Shown: positions 1-13,614, numbered from the stretch's first letter. The stretch: 64,000 nucleotides of DNA from Octopus bimaculoides (GCF_001194135.2 NC_068984.1:85851777-85915776); one strand, 5' to 3'. Program-made: numbers and translations. The notes: generated by a model not told the origin, from the sequence alone.

Positions 1-45
1 AGAGGGAGAGAAAGAGGGAGAGGGAGAGAGAGAGANNNNNNNNNN

Positions 46-79
<34 letters not shown>

Positions 80-342
80 AAATGGTTGCACCTACTAACC
101 TTCAGCACCAGGCTAATGATAAAATATCACAGAGTTTTTCAAATAGCAACTTAGGAGAAATGTTCTCTTCTTCCACGTTTTAAGTTCAAATATTAGCAGA
201 AGCAACCAGTAAAAACTGTAATTCAGACCCTAAGACCCTATCCACTGAATATCTGAGATAATGTTTATATATTTTTATGTTTTAATGCAACAAGTATTCA
301 TAACTCCAATTATAAATACTTATGTAGATTTGATAGCTAATG

Positions 343-559
343 TGAGGGGGTGCTGAAAAGTTCCTGGCTTTGGGTAAAACAAAATACAAGAGGATCAGTT
401 AATGATGATTTTATTCAACATATTCCCTTCTCAGATTCATACACTTATTGCAGTGGTCCGTCATTTTTTCTAAACCCTGTAAAAGAACTCAGAAGGTTGG
501 GCATCCAACCAGGCCTTTTGTGATATTCTTAAAGCCAGGAACTTTTCAGCACCCCTTTG
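343..559 (-). mobile_element. Tc1/mariner-type MITE (about 215 bp)
   Basis: TIRs gggtgctgaaaagttcctggcttt / aaagccaggaacttttcagcaccc; reverse-orientation relative of the copy at 10947; TSD decayed. Confidence 0.85.
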
Positions 560-3500
560 TGATTAGTTTATGACTAATATGAACTCAAACATTGTGGGAG
601 ACAACTCCATATACGTTTTGGTTTTATTAGACAATCTCATTGAAGCACAGACTTTAACTACCTTGCCAACAAAAAATTTCCCCACTTAGTTTTGCTTTAT
701 CATTTCTATGATAGACAGTCATAGTCCACACTTGAACACTACATGTTGACCAATAAAAGTGATTATCTAGACCACTGGGTTACTGATCGGCATCTTTTAA
801 ACTAGGTCAATTAGTATTATTATTAATTTTGCTTATTTCACTATATGAACATCATAACTGAAGTGATCTTTAACCCATATTATATGATAAAAATGCAACC
901 AAGTATCACAATGTTGTCACGCCATCTCTTGAGAAGAAAGTTCAATATTGGTTACATTTTTTAACCTCTGTGAGGTTCTATTTCCCAACACCTTAGTTCT
1001 CTAGGCTGTCCACCCACACATTCACCATCATTAATAGCAATGATAGCAGTTAAAAATGAGAGTATATGTTTCACATGAAACATAAAGAGAACATTTAATT
1101 TTCAAGTGTTTAAGTAGCACTCAGTAAATAATTTCAAGCCTCACCAGCTGCTGGAAGCAGTGGGCAATAGCTTCTTGTGTTTAATATAGTAATGGTTTGG
1201 AGAGTACACTTACTAGTAGTGGTACTGAGTGAGGGTAACAACAACTATACTAACTATAAACCTTCGTTGGTTCAACAGGCTAAAGTCTTTCATTGTCTTT
1301 AGCTGTTGACAGCAGTTTCATTGTAACTGCATATACCTATTCTCACAGGGAACTCTTTGGACTGCTGTTAGCCCTTTCTAATGTAAGACACTAACAGTAT
1401 GTATAGAGTTATTACCATACTAATAATAGTCACACTCACTCCCCACTGCATTCAATATTTAAAATTTCAGGGTTGTCTCCCTCCTTACTTTTTTCAAACT
1501 AGACTTTATCATTTAGAAACTAATTGTTCTCATTACTATGGTTATAATATTAATTGAAATTTATTGGTTTACTACATCATGTTAGTGTCCATTTTAGTTT
1601 CCATGCAACAAGTATCTCAGGATAGTGTTTTCCAGTCATACATTTAATTCATAATGTTAGTGTTCATNNNNNNNNNNNNNNNNNNNNNNNNNNNNNNNNN
1701 NNNNNNNNNNNNNNNNNNNNNNNNNNNNNNNNNNNNNNNNNNNNNNNNNNNNNNNNNNNNNNNNNNNNNNNNNNNNNNNNNNNNNNNNNNNNNNNNNNNN
1801 NNNNNNNNNNNNNNNNNNNNNNNNNNNNNNNNNNNNNNNNNNNNNNNNNNNNNNNNNNNNNNNNNNNNNNNNNNNNNNNNNNNNNNNNNNNNNNNNNNNN
1901 NNNNNNNNNNNNNNNNNNNNNNNNNNNNNNNNNNNNNNNNNNNNNNNNNNNNNNNNNNNNNNNNNNNNNNNNNNNNNNNNNNNNNNNNNNNNNNNNNNNN
2001 NNNNNNNNNNNNNNNNNNNNNNNNNNNNNNNNNNNNNNNNNNNNNNNNNNNNNNNNNNNNNNNNNNNNNNNNNNNNNNNNNNNNNNNNNNNNNNNNNNNN
2101 NNNNNNNNNNNNNNNNNNNNNNNNNNNNNNNNNNNNNNNNNNNNNNNNNNNNNNNNNNNNNNNNNNNNNNNNNNNNNNNNNNNNNNNNNNNNNNNNNNNN
2201 NNNNNNNNNNNNNNNNNNNNNNNNNNNNNNNNNNNNNNNNNNNNNNNNNNNNNNNNNNNNNNNNNNNNNATATAGTCACATGATATACTATCACCCTGTA
2301 GTCCCTATCTCTGCTTCTCTCTATTCTCTTTTAGCATGCTCTTGGCCATAGTGCTTTCATTCAATCACCTTACCAATAAAATTCATGTAACACACACACA
2401 CAAACATACGCACACACACACACACACAATCTTGCTCCTACTTCTCTTGTTCTCTACTATTACACAGTCTTCCACCAGCTTTTTACTCTGCCTCTCCTCC
2501 CACCCAGCAATTTAGAAAAAGAAAGGAATGAATGGAGACACCATAAGTAATAGAAGACTGTCATTAAGGTGAGATAACTTCCCTGGTACCAGTGAATAAA
2601 ACAAATGGACACATGGGGCAGACAGGACTATTTACTCTCATCAATTTCTCTAGTGTTGTTATCATGATATAAAATGCGCCTAGTATATTCGAGAAAATGA
2701 CTGGCAACAGAAAGGGCATCTAGCCAAAGAAACGTTGCTAATAATAAAATAATAAACAAGTGCAACATAGAATTTGACCTATCCAAGACAGCACTAACAA
2801 CATCTATCATCTCGCTTGGACTGAAATAACCCATCCAACCTATGCCAGCATGGAATACCAAACATAAAAGGAAGAAGATACACACTCACACACACATATA
2901 TTATACATGAAATTGCTGTCACACACACAATCCTCAACTACTGGTAATGGCTTCTTCATTAAACTATAATCAGGATGAACACTGTGGTCAATGACTAAAG
3001 CCTTTCACAGGACACAGCTGTTGGCATCATTGTATCAGCTCTATCACTACTACATATAACTATTTAAATTTTATTCAGTTAAAGCGGACTGTAATTTAGA
3101 ATTTTAATCTTTTGTTGTCATGTCAGAAGCCAGAAAGTCTGCAATCCCACCTAATAAAAAAAAATAACCAATGCAACTTTTCCAATTAGGCCAGCATTCA
3201 TATCTTTTGCACATACAGAGTAGAGGATTGAGTGAATCAGTAACATACGAAATACCTTGTAGTATTTAGCTACATCCCTTTATACTCTAAGTTCAAATCA
3301 CCAAGATCAACTTTTCCCATCAACTCTCCAGGGATGATATAAATAATAAGCATCAATCAACTCCTGTTGGTTGATATAGTTGACTATATCTCCTGCTCAA
3401 AATTTCTGGCCTTGAACTTATATTAGAAATCATTAGCCACACACACACACACAGCCATTTCCCTCACATATATCAACCCATATCACTGAAAGTCACTGAT

Positions 3501-4388
3501 GTTAAGTCACCTTCTCAGTTGGGTGTAGTCACCGGAATTGGTAGACTACTAATGGCTCATAGCTAGAGGTATTGAATAAGAAATGATGCCATAGAAGTGT
3601 ATGTTGCTGCTACTGATGATGGTTAACCTCTCATCAGCTTTGACTGAACTGGCATATTGTGAAAGGCATTCCAGCTTTGACCATCCTGTCTAGAACTACA
3701 CTATGTCTTCCTTGCATTTGTGAAGATTGGGTCTAATTCAAATGAGATTTAGCTGCTATTTCTTGCAAGCTAAGAGACCTCATGGAGGGTCTGTCATGGC
3801 CTCTGGCATGTATATGTTGTGACATAAAATAGATTTAACATTTCACTGACAAAATAATGAAGGGCTCCTTCCAAAACAATAGATTTCATCACAGGGCACA
3901 ATAACATATATATTCCTATTATATTTAATTTCATCTCAAGTGCCTTGCACTCAGACTGTCTCTTTAGTTTCACTGGATATCAATGCAAAGAATTAAGCCA
4001 AAGAAGAAAACTTCTACATGGTCTTTCGACATGCTAGTAATAGAAGCCAAATTTGTCTCAAATCACACATTCTTGTCTTAAAAAAAAGGATATGTTAAAT
4101 ACACCACATTTGTAAAAGAAATTAAAAACAGTGTTATCACAAGCCTTTGATCATCAGTTTCTGCTCAACCAGAGCTAAACAAGAGGCATGAATACTTAAA
4201 ATAAACTAAAGGCTAAGGACTGTTGTACAAAAGGTAATGCACAGATGTACAATAGACACACAATAGGCTACACAGAGATGTACAATAGGTTACACAGAGT
4301 GCAATAAGCTATGCTCAGAGTGCAATAGGCTATACACAGATATAGAATAACTATACCCATGTACAATAGGCTGTACACAAATATGCCA

Positions 4389-5288
4389 CAAAGTGCATTC
4401 AAAAAGTATCTGACTTTATTTTTACCCACAAAAACTAATATTGCATGGGTGAAATCCTTTGGATGGGAAGTGATGCCACCCTTCCTGTGGATGAGTGGAG
4501 ATTTTCATGCCAGTGGGCCACGTCAGTTCCTTGCTGTTATGCCTAAAGTAGTGTCGTGCATGCACGTGAGATTTTCGTTTTCATCAAATGCATCAAACAG
4601 AGACATTACATCAAGTTTTGCCAAAAGGTTGGTGATACTCAAGCTCAAACCATCTAGAAGATTCAGCAAGCCTTTGGCAATGATGTCAAGGGAAAAACCT
4701 AGATCAAAGAGTGGTACAACTGCTTCAAACACGGCTGCACTTCAGTGGGGAGCAAGGCACACTCAAGCAGGCCATCCACAAGCCAAAATGAGGAGCTGAT
4801 TGAGAAGGTTTGGCAAATAGTCATGAAAGACCATCATGTAACAATCCAAGAAACTGCTCATAAAGTGGGAATAAGCACAGGATCAGTGCTTTCCATTTTA
4901 ATGTACATACAGAGTGTCAGCAAAATTTGACCTCAAGGTGCTGGCAGAGTAACGTAAGCAACTCCGCACGGAAATTACTCAGGACATGCTGGGCTGTGCA
5001 AACCACAATCCAGACTTCATGAAGACCATCTTCACTGGTGATGAGACATGGGTTTATGGTCGCTGCTTGATACATTGCCATCTTGTGTGAAAATGAAAAT
5101 CCATGGAACGCATACTACATATCTGTACTCTGGGTGTAATAGTCAGAAACTGACACAACCTACCAGTATGAAAATTTTTACACATGCGCAGGAAGGGTGA
5201 TATCACCTACCAACCCAAAGGATTTTAACCACATGGCATTAGTTTTGGCAGGAAAAAATGAAGTCAGGTATTATTTGAATATACCTCA
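4389..5288 (+). mobile_element. Degenerate mariner transposon, internally deleted
   Basis: Translates as KQRHYIKFCQKVGDTQAQTI*KIQQAFGND...RPST..EELIEKV...VTIQETAHKVGISTGSV (HTH region) and IFTGDETWVYG (first catalytic D) with stops and frameshifts. Decayed TIRs: attcaaaaagtatctgactttatttt and aaaaaatgaagtcaggtattatttgaat. Confidence 0.88.
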
Positions 5289-6211
5289 CATGATATTCTA
5301 TACACACAAAAATATGCTATACATAAATATACATAATGTGCATAAATGTGCAGTAGGGCATACACAAATGTGCAATAGGCTGTAAAGAAATGTACAGTTG
5401 GCTATATACAAAGAGAGCAGTATTTCCACAAGTAATAATAATGACAATACTTTCTACTATAGGCAGAAGGCCTAAAATTTGGTGGGAGGAGACAAGCAGA
5501 GTATATCAACCCCAATGTTCAACTGGTACTTATTTTATCAACCCTAAAAGGATAAGTTGACCTTGGTGGAATTTGAACTCAGAACATAAACGCAGAAGAA
5601 ATGTCACTAAGTATTTTGTTTGACATGCTAATGACTTTGCCAGCTCACCACCTTATGAGTAATAATATCAATGTTTTATAACTTTCCAATAGGGTGTAAT
5701 GCAGATGCTGATTTATGGAGTAACAAGCGGAATTATAATAAGATGCTTTTAAACCTAACAAACAACAAAACACCTCTAACCTCACTCTTGTTCTTACGGA
5801 TAGTGATTATAACATAGCAGTTTTAAATATACAGCAGAGTACTCTCTACCTGTTCATCTAATAAGTGCTAATTAAGACTCCAATTAAGAGATTTACCCAA
5901 CCCTCACATCAGCAAATTTAATACAAACCCACAACTTCTTGCCTCACATACATCATTTAGATGAGAAACACAAAACAGGTGTAATAAGAATAATAACAAA
6001 GATAATAATGAAAAACAATCAAATAAAAAACAAAGCAAACAAAAGATTATCTTTTAGTAATTATGAATTTTGAATTATCTCTTACAAGAATAGGACACAG
6101 CTTTTAATTTTGGGATTGATGTTTTTATTAGTTTAAATTGTTTTTAATGTTCTTATTTATTATAAAGGAGCTTAAGTAAATATGTCTATATATGTAACTG
6201 TACTATTTTAA

Positions 6212-6431
6212 CCCTTTACTGTTTAAACCGGCTATATCCGGCACAGATATTCTACTCATTTTATGCTCAAACTGGCCAGAACTAGTATCGCACACCTACC
6301 CTGCAATGTCATTCTAAAAATAAACAATTACATCTTTCAAATCTTGAAGCTACAAGATAATACCGGATTCATTTTTAAAAATGTAAATAAATAAGGATTA
6401 CTTTTGACATATTAATTTGGACGCTAAGGGG
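6212..6431 (+). mobile_element. piggyBac-type MITE
   Basis: TTAA|CCCTTTAC ... GCTAAGGGG|TTAA; body shared with the copy at 35131. Confidence 0.8.
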
Positions 6432-6823
6432 TTAAATAAAGAATATATTGGACATTGTAGTTCCTGAGATATAAAAAGATGGGATGGTCATGATTGTAAT
6501 ACCTTTCATCATAGTCCTGTTTGATAAGGGTTGATCTGGGGCAAAGCCACAGTATCCAAGTTTATTTTGAGCCTACAAAGGAGAACCTTTGCACATTACT
6601 TCATACAATGCAAGAAGTAATAACTAAATTTTCCTCAAATCACACACTACCATTTTGAATCAGGAGAGGACACACTGGACAATGACATTCTATAACCAGT
6701 TAAGGGTGAGATAATGTGCATGGAGGGGTTAAGAAGTTTGCTTCCCAACCACATAGTTTCAGGTTCAGTCCCAGTGCCTGGCGCCTTGGAGAAGTGTCTT
6801 CCAACAGAAACTAAGAGAACTTC

Positions 6824-6864
<41 letters not shown>

Positions 6865-7454
6865 ATGTTCATATGCACATACTTGCATATGAACATGTAG
6901 TATATAACATACATGCATGTTTTAGTAAATGTATGTGTCAGCACATGTATATTAACGTGAATATACATGTTAGTAAAGCATTGATGAATGTATGCATGTT
7001 ATAATGTAAGTGTGTGCATGCATTTCACTATGTGTGGTCATTTTAGTACATATTATAGCATGTGTGCATATCAGAGCATGTTAGCATGTTAGAGCATGTG
7101 TGCTCATGTATGTTTATTATGCATGTGGCCATTATTCACTATGTATCCGTCTGTGTGTATGTGCCAGTTTATGTTAATCTTACATATGTGCACACAGTGG
7201 TTACATGTTAGTATATGTGCAGGTATATGTCAGTAGTGTGTATGTACATGCATGTATTAGTATTATGCATGTGTATTTGTAGCACAAGCAGATAATGTGT
7301 GTGTTTATGCATGAATGTGTACATTAAGACAGAATTCTGTCAAAGAAATATCCTTTTGTCATTAAAGGGACAAAAGTGTATGGATGGGGGTGATTATGTA
7401 GTTGAACTAAAAAAAAATAAATACAAAGTCTCATATTTACTTTCTTCTCCTGTG

Positions 7455-7835
7455 ATTGTGCGGTAAGAAGTTTGCTTCCCAACCACATGAATCCAGTTCA
7501 GTCCCACTGTGTGGCACCACGGGCAAGTGTCTTCAACTATAGCCTCGAGCTGACCAAAACCATATGAGTGGATTTGGTAGGTGGAAACTGAAAGAAGACC
7601 GTGTTGTGTGTGTGAGAGTGTATGCCTTTGTGTCTGTGTTTGTCCCCCCTCTACCACTTGACAACCGGTTGTTGCTGTGTTTACATCCCCATAACTTAAC
7701 AGTTTGGTAAAAGAGGCTAACAGAATACATACCCAGCTTTAAGGAAAAAAGTATTGGGATTGATTCATTCAACTAAAAATTCAAGGCAGTGCCCCAGCAT
7801 GGCAGCAGTCTAATGACTGAAACAAGTAAAAGAAA
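7455..7835 (+). mobile_element. tRNA-derived SINE, family A (gcttcccaaccacat..ttcagtcccactg head)
   Basis: Colinear with the better preserved copy at 42859. Partial copies are also at about 6700, 13445, 17810, 18410(-), 29505, 37215(-), 60780 and 61340(-). Confidence 0.8.
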
Positions 7836-8115
7836 GACAGAGATCAAATCCTACTAACATAAACTTTACCATTAATTCTTTGGGGTTAATGAAGCAAGCA
7901 CTAGTCATGTACTAAATTCAATCCAAATGGCCGTAGTCAACTGCTATCACCTCAGACTACAACAGCCGCTACAGTCCAGTGACAACTGCTGCTACCACCA
8001 CAACCACAGCCATTCAGTAACAATTGCTACTACCACTACAACCATCAAGTAATCATTAACACCACAGACTATTACAAATCCAGTAATAGCTGCTACTACC
8101 ACCACCACAGCTTAC

Positions 8116-8233
8116 CGTTGCACAAGGTATGGATGAATTGCTTCTGCTACATCATGCATGTGTATGTACATATTCAACATCTGAGGCAGGTAGAAATCCA
8201 CATCGACATCTTGGAAGGAGAACATTCGGTTAC
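8116..8233 (-). CDS. PI4KB: PI4KB second coding exon (118 bp, helical domain)
   Basis: Read by hand: ttctattttccaccgtcag|GT AAC CGA ATG TTC ... GTG CAA CG|gtaagc. It encodes (G)[38 protein letters not shown](R), continuing the upstream exon in the correct phase and matching the known PI4KB segment GNRLF...VDFYLPQLLNMYIHM. Confidence 0.95.
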
Positions 8234-8384
8234 CTGACGGTGGAAAATAGAACAATATTCCTTTACATAAGGTAGAAAGACAGAGATTCTAGTATGCAAG
8301 TAACTATAACATAAGATCATAATTTTTTGAATTATCAGTCTTATCCTGAAAGATGAAACATTTTATATATTATTGACATTAGGA

Positions 8385-8830
8385 AGAGCAGCCAACCACA
8401 GAAACCATGCCAAAGAAGACATTGGAGCTTAGTGCAGTTCTCTAGCTTACCAGCTCCTAATGAACTGTCCAGCTTCTGTCAGTATGGAAAATGGATGATG
8501 ATGATGCTGATATATATATATATATCATCATCGCCATCATTTAACATCTGTTTTCCATACTGGCATGGGTTGGATGGTTTGACAGAAGCTGGTGAGCCAG
8601 AAGACAACACCAAGCTCCACTGTCTGCTTTGGCATGATTTCTACAGCTGGATGCCCTTCTTAAGACCAACTGCTTTACAGAGTGTATTGACTGCTTTTAA
8701 TGCGACATCAGCACCAGTAAGGCACCAAATAACTTGAAAATCATGACCCTCAAGTGAGAGGATAGCTGTATTAAAGGGGTGGCTTTGTGCCAGGTGATGA
8801 GAGGTTGAGTTATGATAGAGGGAGAGAAAC
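8385..8830. mobile_element. Two RTE-type 3' tail elements in tail-to-tail inverted orientation around an (AT)n tract
   Basis: Plus copy 8385-8500 ends cagtatggaaaa..gatgatgatg; minus copy from 8523 begins catcat..ttttccatactgg. Confidence 0.8.
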
Positions 8831-10828
8831 AAATGTCTTATCGTACAAGTCGGGAAGAGAGAGAAGGTGGGTAGTGAGAGAAGGAGAAGACTGGACAATA
8901 GTACAAAAGGAAAGTGGGAGATAGTGGGGAAGGGAATGTAGCAAGTGAACATGGTAGATGGAGGGGATGTTAGTAAAATATGTTGTAGGAGATGCGAGAG
9001 ATGAGTGATTCATAAGGAACAGAATGAATGCAAGTAAGCTTGCAAGAGTGCGGAAAGAGAGTGGGAGATAGATGGAAGGGGAACGCAAGTGATGGTGAAT
9101 ATGAGTGGAAGTGTTAGGAGGATGAGTTATTTTTGATCATCATTAGGGTATCTTATTCATAGGGCTCAACTGATGCATAGTACACATGTCAGTGGCCTAA
9201 TGAATAAAACATTATCATCCTCAGTTTAGAAATGAAATGATTTTGGTTCCAAAATCTCCAGGAATATGATAATTTATGATGATTAGAGATTAAACCAACT
9301 GAAACAGGGTAGATGTAAATGTTTAAAATAATTATCTCTGAGGAAGAAGTTAATAGTCCAAAAAAACTACGACTTCTCAACAACATCTCTTCTTATTTTT
9401 GGACATTCATGTATAAAATACACTTGTGTTCAATGTTCAGCCTTCTTCATTGAAAACACAATTCCAAAAAAAAAAAAATCTCATTTATAATATACACTGA
9501 CCTTTCTTCAGTATTACAATGCATGGAAACAACTCAATTAGACATTTAATATCTATTCATGTATAATATATACCTGTGTATAATGTACATCGATAATCAT
9601 GGGCAAGGAAATTCCAGAAACAAAATTAGTGTTACAATGTATGCAAAAAGTATTTAGTCAGATTTATTGTATTTGCTATGTAAAATACACAAAGTGTTCC
9701 CACACATAAAACAAACCAAAAACTAAATTTGAAAATGACCTTTGAACTTTAGCACAGTCTATGCTGTAAAACTGCACTTTATGTAACAACATTGTGGAAA
9801 TTACGCAATCATGTTCTTTGGGGGTTTTTTCTGTATTATACCTGAATAGGATATTTACAATCTGAAACAATATAGTACAGTATAGAAGTCATGAGAATTT
9901 CATAAGACACTGTACATTTTTCATATATAAGAGGACAGTATCTGCCATGTAAAGTGAATTTAAAAACAATAAAAGAAACAAAAAAAAAAAAGAAAGGAAC
10001 CATGTTAATGTAGAGTAGGGAGTATCATTTCTTGAAGGATTACACATATAAGGTACCCAGGGTAGCAACAGAGTGAATCCTCAAATTTGAATGAATAAAT
10101 TCTAACACTATGTATTGAGTACCTTCTCTTGTTAGTGCACTCAACCCTATATATTGTGAGTGTGTGAGAGAGAGAGAGCAAGAGAAAGAGAGAGATAGAA
10201 ACAGACAGAAAGCGACAGTTGATAAATGGCAGAATCAGTAGATTGACAAGTCATATGTCCTGCAGTTCTTGTTGTATAGCCTCAAGTTAACCGGATGAGC
10301 AGATCAATGACCAAAGTCAAGTGGTTATTTTTTAGCCCCAGATTAAGTATATCAATGATTAAAGATGTTCAAGCAATGACCAGACCCTCTTTTTCTCAAA
10401 AAATTGCTGATCTCAGTTTGCATTACATGAAACATATCTCTCTTTCATGAGCCAGTAGGGTGTAATCCAAGGGAGATCTGGTTGCCATTTTTAGCAAGTT
10501 CAATGACACCACAGAAGACTCCCTCCTTGACTTCAACAACTATCAGTCGAGTATTGTGATTAATTAAATCATCTACACATATATACGTTAGATTTGTATG
10601 TATACACTCATACTGCTGTATTGATCATACTTGCTCTTTATACAGCAGTGCTTGTATGCTTGTTTTGTATCCTTCAATGTTCAATAAATGACACTATTTT
10701 TAACACTATTAGGCCTAAGCACAATTAAAGGAAAAGACATTAACAAAATTAGCTGTTATTCCTGGAATATAATATAATCAAATGAAAAGACTCAGTTTTT
10801 CATCAATGTAACATTGCTGCTACTAACA

Positions 10829-10869
<41 letters not shown>

Positions 10870-10946
10870 TGATAATAATAAGCAGCAATACCAGGCAGTG
10901 GCTCTCATGGTTTCTTATTTTAACTGATTAGAGGTGTTAACATGTA

Positions 10947-11163
10947 CAAGGGGGTGCTGGAAAGTTCCTGGGTTTAAGGGTATTGCAAAAGGCCAGGTTG
11001 GAGGCCCAAATTTCTAAGTTGTTCTACAGGGGTTAGACAAACTGAAGGATTGCTACAAAAAGTGTGTGAATCTGAGAGGGGAATATGTTCAACAACATCA
11101 TAATAAACTGATCCTCATCTATTTTCTTTTACCCAAGGCCAGGAACATTTTAGTACCCCCTTG
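10947..11163 (+). mobile_element. Mariner-derived MITE with TA target duplication
   Basis: TA|caagggggtgctggaaagttcctgg ... ccaggaacattttagtacccccttg|TA. The interior retains DKLKDCYKKCVNLRGEYV, resembling a mariner transposase C-terminus. Confidence 0.88.
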
Positions 11164-12522
11164 TAAATGTATTGTCTTAGTATAAGAGATGGGCTACAGC
11201 GAATATTTTGCTCAATACCACAGTTTTGCTTGTCAGTTGCTTGACCTTAACCATTTGACCATATCCCTTAGTGCCTGGTGATATTTTGAGCAGGAGTAGT
11301 GGGAAAGCATCATAGCCATGTGTTGTGATGCATGGGCCTGATGTACCCTTATCAGATGGGTAATCATAATGGATGTATTAGGCTATGTATATTTGTATCC
11401 CAGCATCACTTTGATGACATGTGCTGCTCTGTCACTCAATAATGGTAATAATTATTTCTAATATTATCACATGGCAGGTGGAGTGTAGTAATTTAGTCCA
11501 TTTTTTAAAAATTGTTAATTCATCAACCCCAAAACGGATGAAAGATAAACATCACCTATAGCAGGATTTGGAGTCAGTCAGTAAAGGAATGTGATTACTG
11601 CCATAACTATAATAATGGTAACGAGTTTCTGACATTACTACAAGGCCACAACATTTTTGAGGAAGGATATAATGAATTTAATCAATAGCAATATTGTACT
11701 GGTATTTATTTGTGCCCATGAGGTAACACCTAAAAGATTACACAACTTGTTAGAAATAGCAACCAAATCTCCTACAAATTACAACCTATGCCATCAAAAA
11801 TCAGGAGAGATGTATTGGATAACACAGTCTGAGATAAGCAATGCTTGAGAAAGACAGCAAGGTTGTAGCTTAAGTACTTTTGATTTGGGGTTAAACAATA
11901 ACCACCTGCCTTTTATCATATGCCTGGTCAAAGTTGATCTGGAGTTAAACAATTATAGCAGCAGCATCATTATCATCATCATCATCGTTTAGCGTCTGCT
12001 TTCCATGCTAGCATGGGTTGGACCTTGATACTTATTTGATTGACCTCACTTGGATCTGAACTTATAACACATAACTTTATCTAAATACTGCAAGATGTCT
12101 TCCTTGACACTCTACCAATTCTGCTATCCATCATGTCACTTTCTATTCATCAATATCTCTGATGTCTGTGTTTTTCTCTCTAGATATCAAACGGCTTTTT
12201 AATATTTACATATACACAACATGTCAACTGAATCATCTCTTACCACCATCATGCATATTATTCCTGGATATGTATACAGCCTAACTGATTCACTGATGCA
12301 TGTGTTAACATGCAGATACTAACACACACACACACACACCTTATAAGACATACATGTACTTAATAAGAGTTGCAGACACAAACATTTGAATCATAAATAT
12401 TAAGACACATACATACACTTACTCACAAATACAACACATACACACACAGACTTATGTTTATGAGAAGAAACACCAAGTATTTGTAGTAATGTTTATAAGG
12501 AGAGACATTATTTTATGTAATA

Positions 12523-13427
12523 TACTGGGTCATCCCATAAATAATGCGATCTTTTTAATTGCATGAACTAAAAGTTGGTGAAGGACAGGATAAACTACCT
12601 GCATCAACTTGCTGTAAAAGCAGGTAATAATTTTACCATGTCTTTATCCTTAGTGCAAGTTTTGAAAAGTGCAGTTCGATTTTAACAGTTGTTTTTTCAA
12701 AGCTATAATGGAAGTGACAAAAGACCATATTCAGCATATTTTGCTTTATGAGTTCAATAAAAGCAACAATGCAACGAAAAGTGTGAGGAATATTAATGCA
12801 GTATATAGGGATTGAACATTAAGCATAAGTCAGTGTCAATGGTGATTCAAGAAATTCCTAACTGGAAACTACAGCATAGAAGATGAGCCTCCTCCTGGAA
12901 GATCTGTAGAGCTTGATGAGGATGTGCTGCAAACAAAATCCCATCAACTGTTGAGGAACTAACAAAGAAGCTTGGATTTGGTCATTCAACCATTCATCGA
13001 CACCTATGCTAGAAGAAAAACAGCCATCTTTGGTTTCAAAACAAAAGGTGTTCTTCCATCAGGATAATGCTCAGCCACATAGAGCAAGGATGACATTCCA
13101 AAGGCTGAAGCAGTTTGAATGGGAAATGATGCTCCAACCCACCATATTTGCCCCATCTGATTATCATTTATTCTGCAGTTTTCAAAATCACTTAGATGGA
13201 AAAAATATGAATTCTGTAGATGAAGTCAGAACAGTACTAGAAGAGTATTTTTCGTCACAGAGAAGTAAATTTGGAAAGAGGGCCTTGCAAGTTTACCAGA
13301 TAGATGGAAGAGCATTGTAGAAAATGAAGGAGAGTAAATTTTAGATTAAAAAAGAACTTTGTTTATCTTAATTTTGAAAAATAAAGAAATATTTTTAAAA
13401 ATGCATTATTTATGGGATGACCCAATA
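12523..13427 (+). mobile_element. Mariner transposon deletion derivative (905 bp) with TIRs and TA TSD
   Basis: TIRs tactgggtcatcccataaataatgc / gcattatttatgggatgacccaata flanked by TA. N-terminal relic MEVTKDHIQHILLYEF and C-terminal HQDNAQPH...APSDYHLF; the first catalytic D region is missing. Confidence 0.93.
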
Positions 13428-13614
13428 TAATGTGTGTGTGTGTTGGCACAGGTGTGATATACGATAAGAAATTTGCTTGCCAACCATATGGTTTCAGATT
13501 CAGTTCTACTGTGTGGCACCTTGGGTGAGTGTCTTCTACTATAGCCTTGTTGTGACCAGAGCCTTGTAAGTAGATTTGGTAGACAAATTGAAAGAAATCC
13601 ATCCTATATCATAC

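Noticed and set aside
1644-2294. Long ORFs dominated by X (also 43119-44629, 52357-52739, 61341-61781)
   Set aside because: They only span assembly N gaps.
13006-13320. Functional or domesticated transposase (SETMAR-like)
   Set aside because: The element has stops, frameshifts and lacks the first catalytic region; no SET domain nearby.
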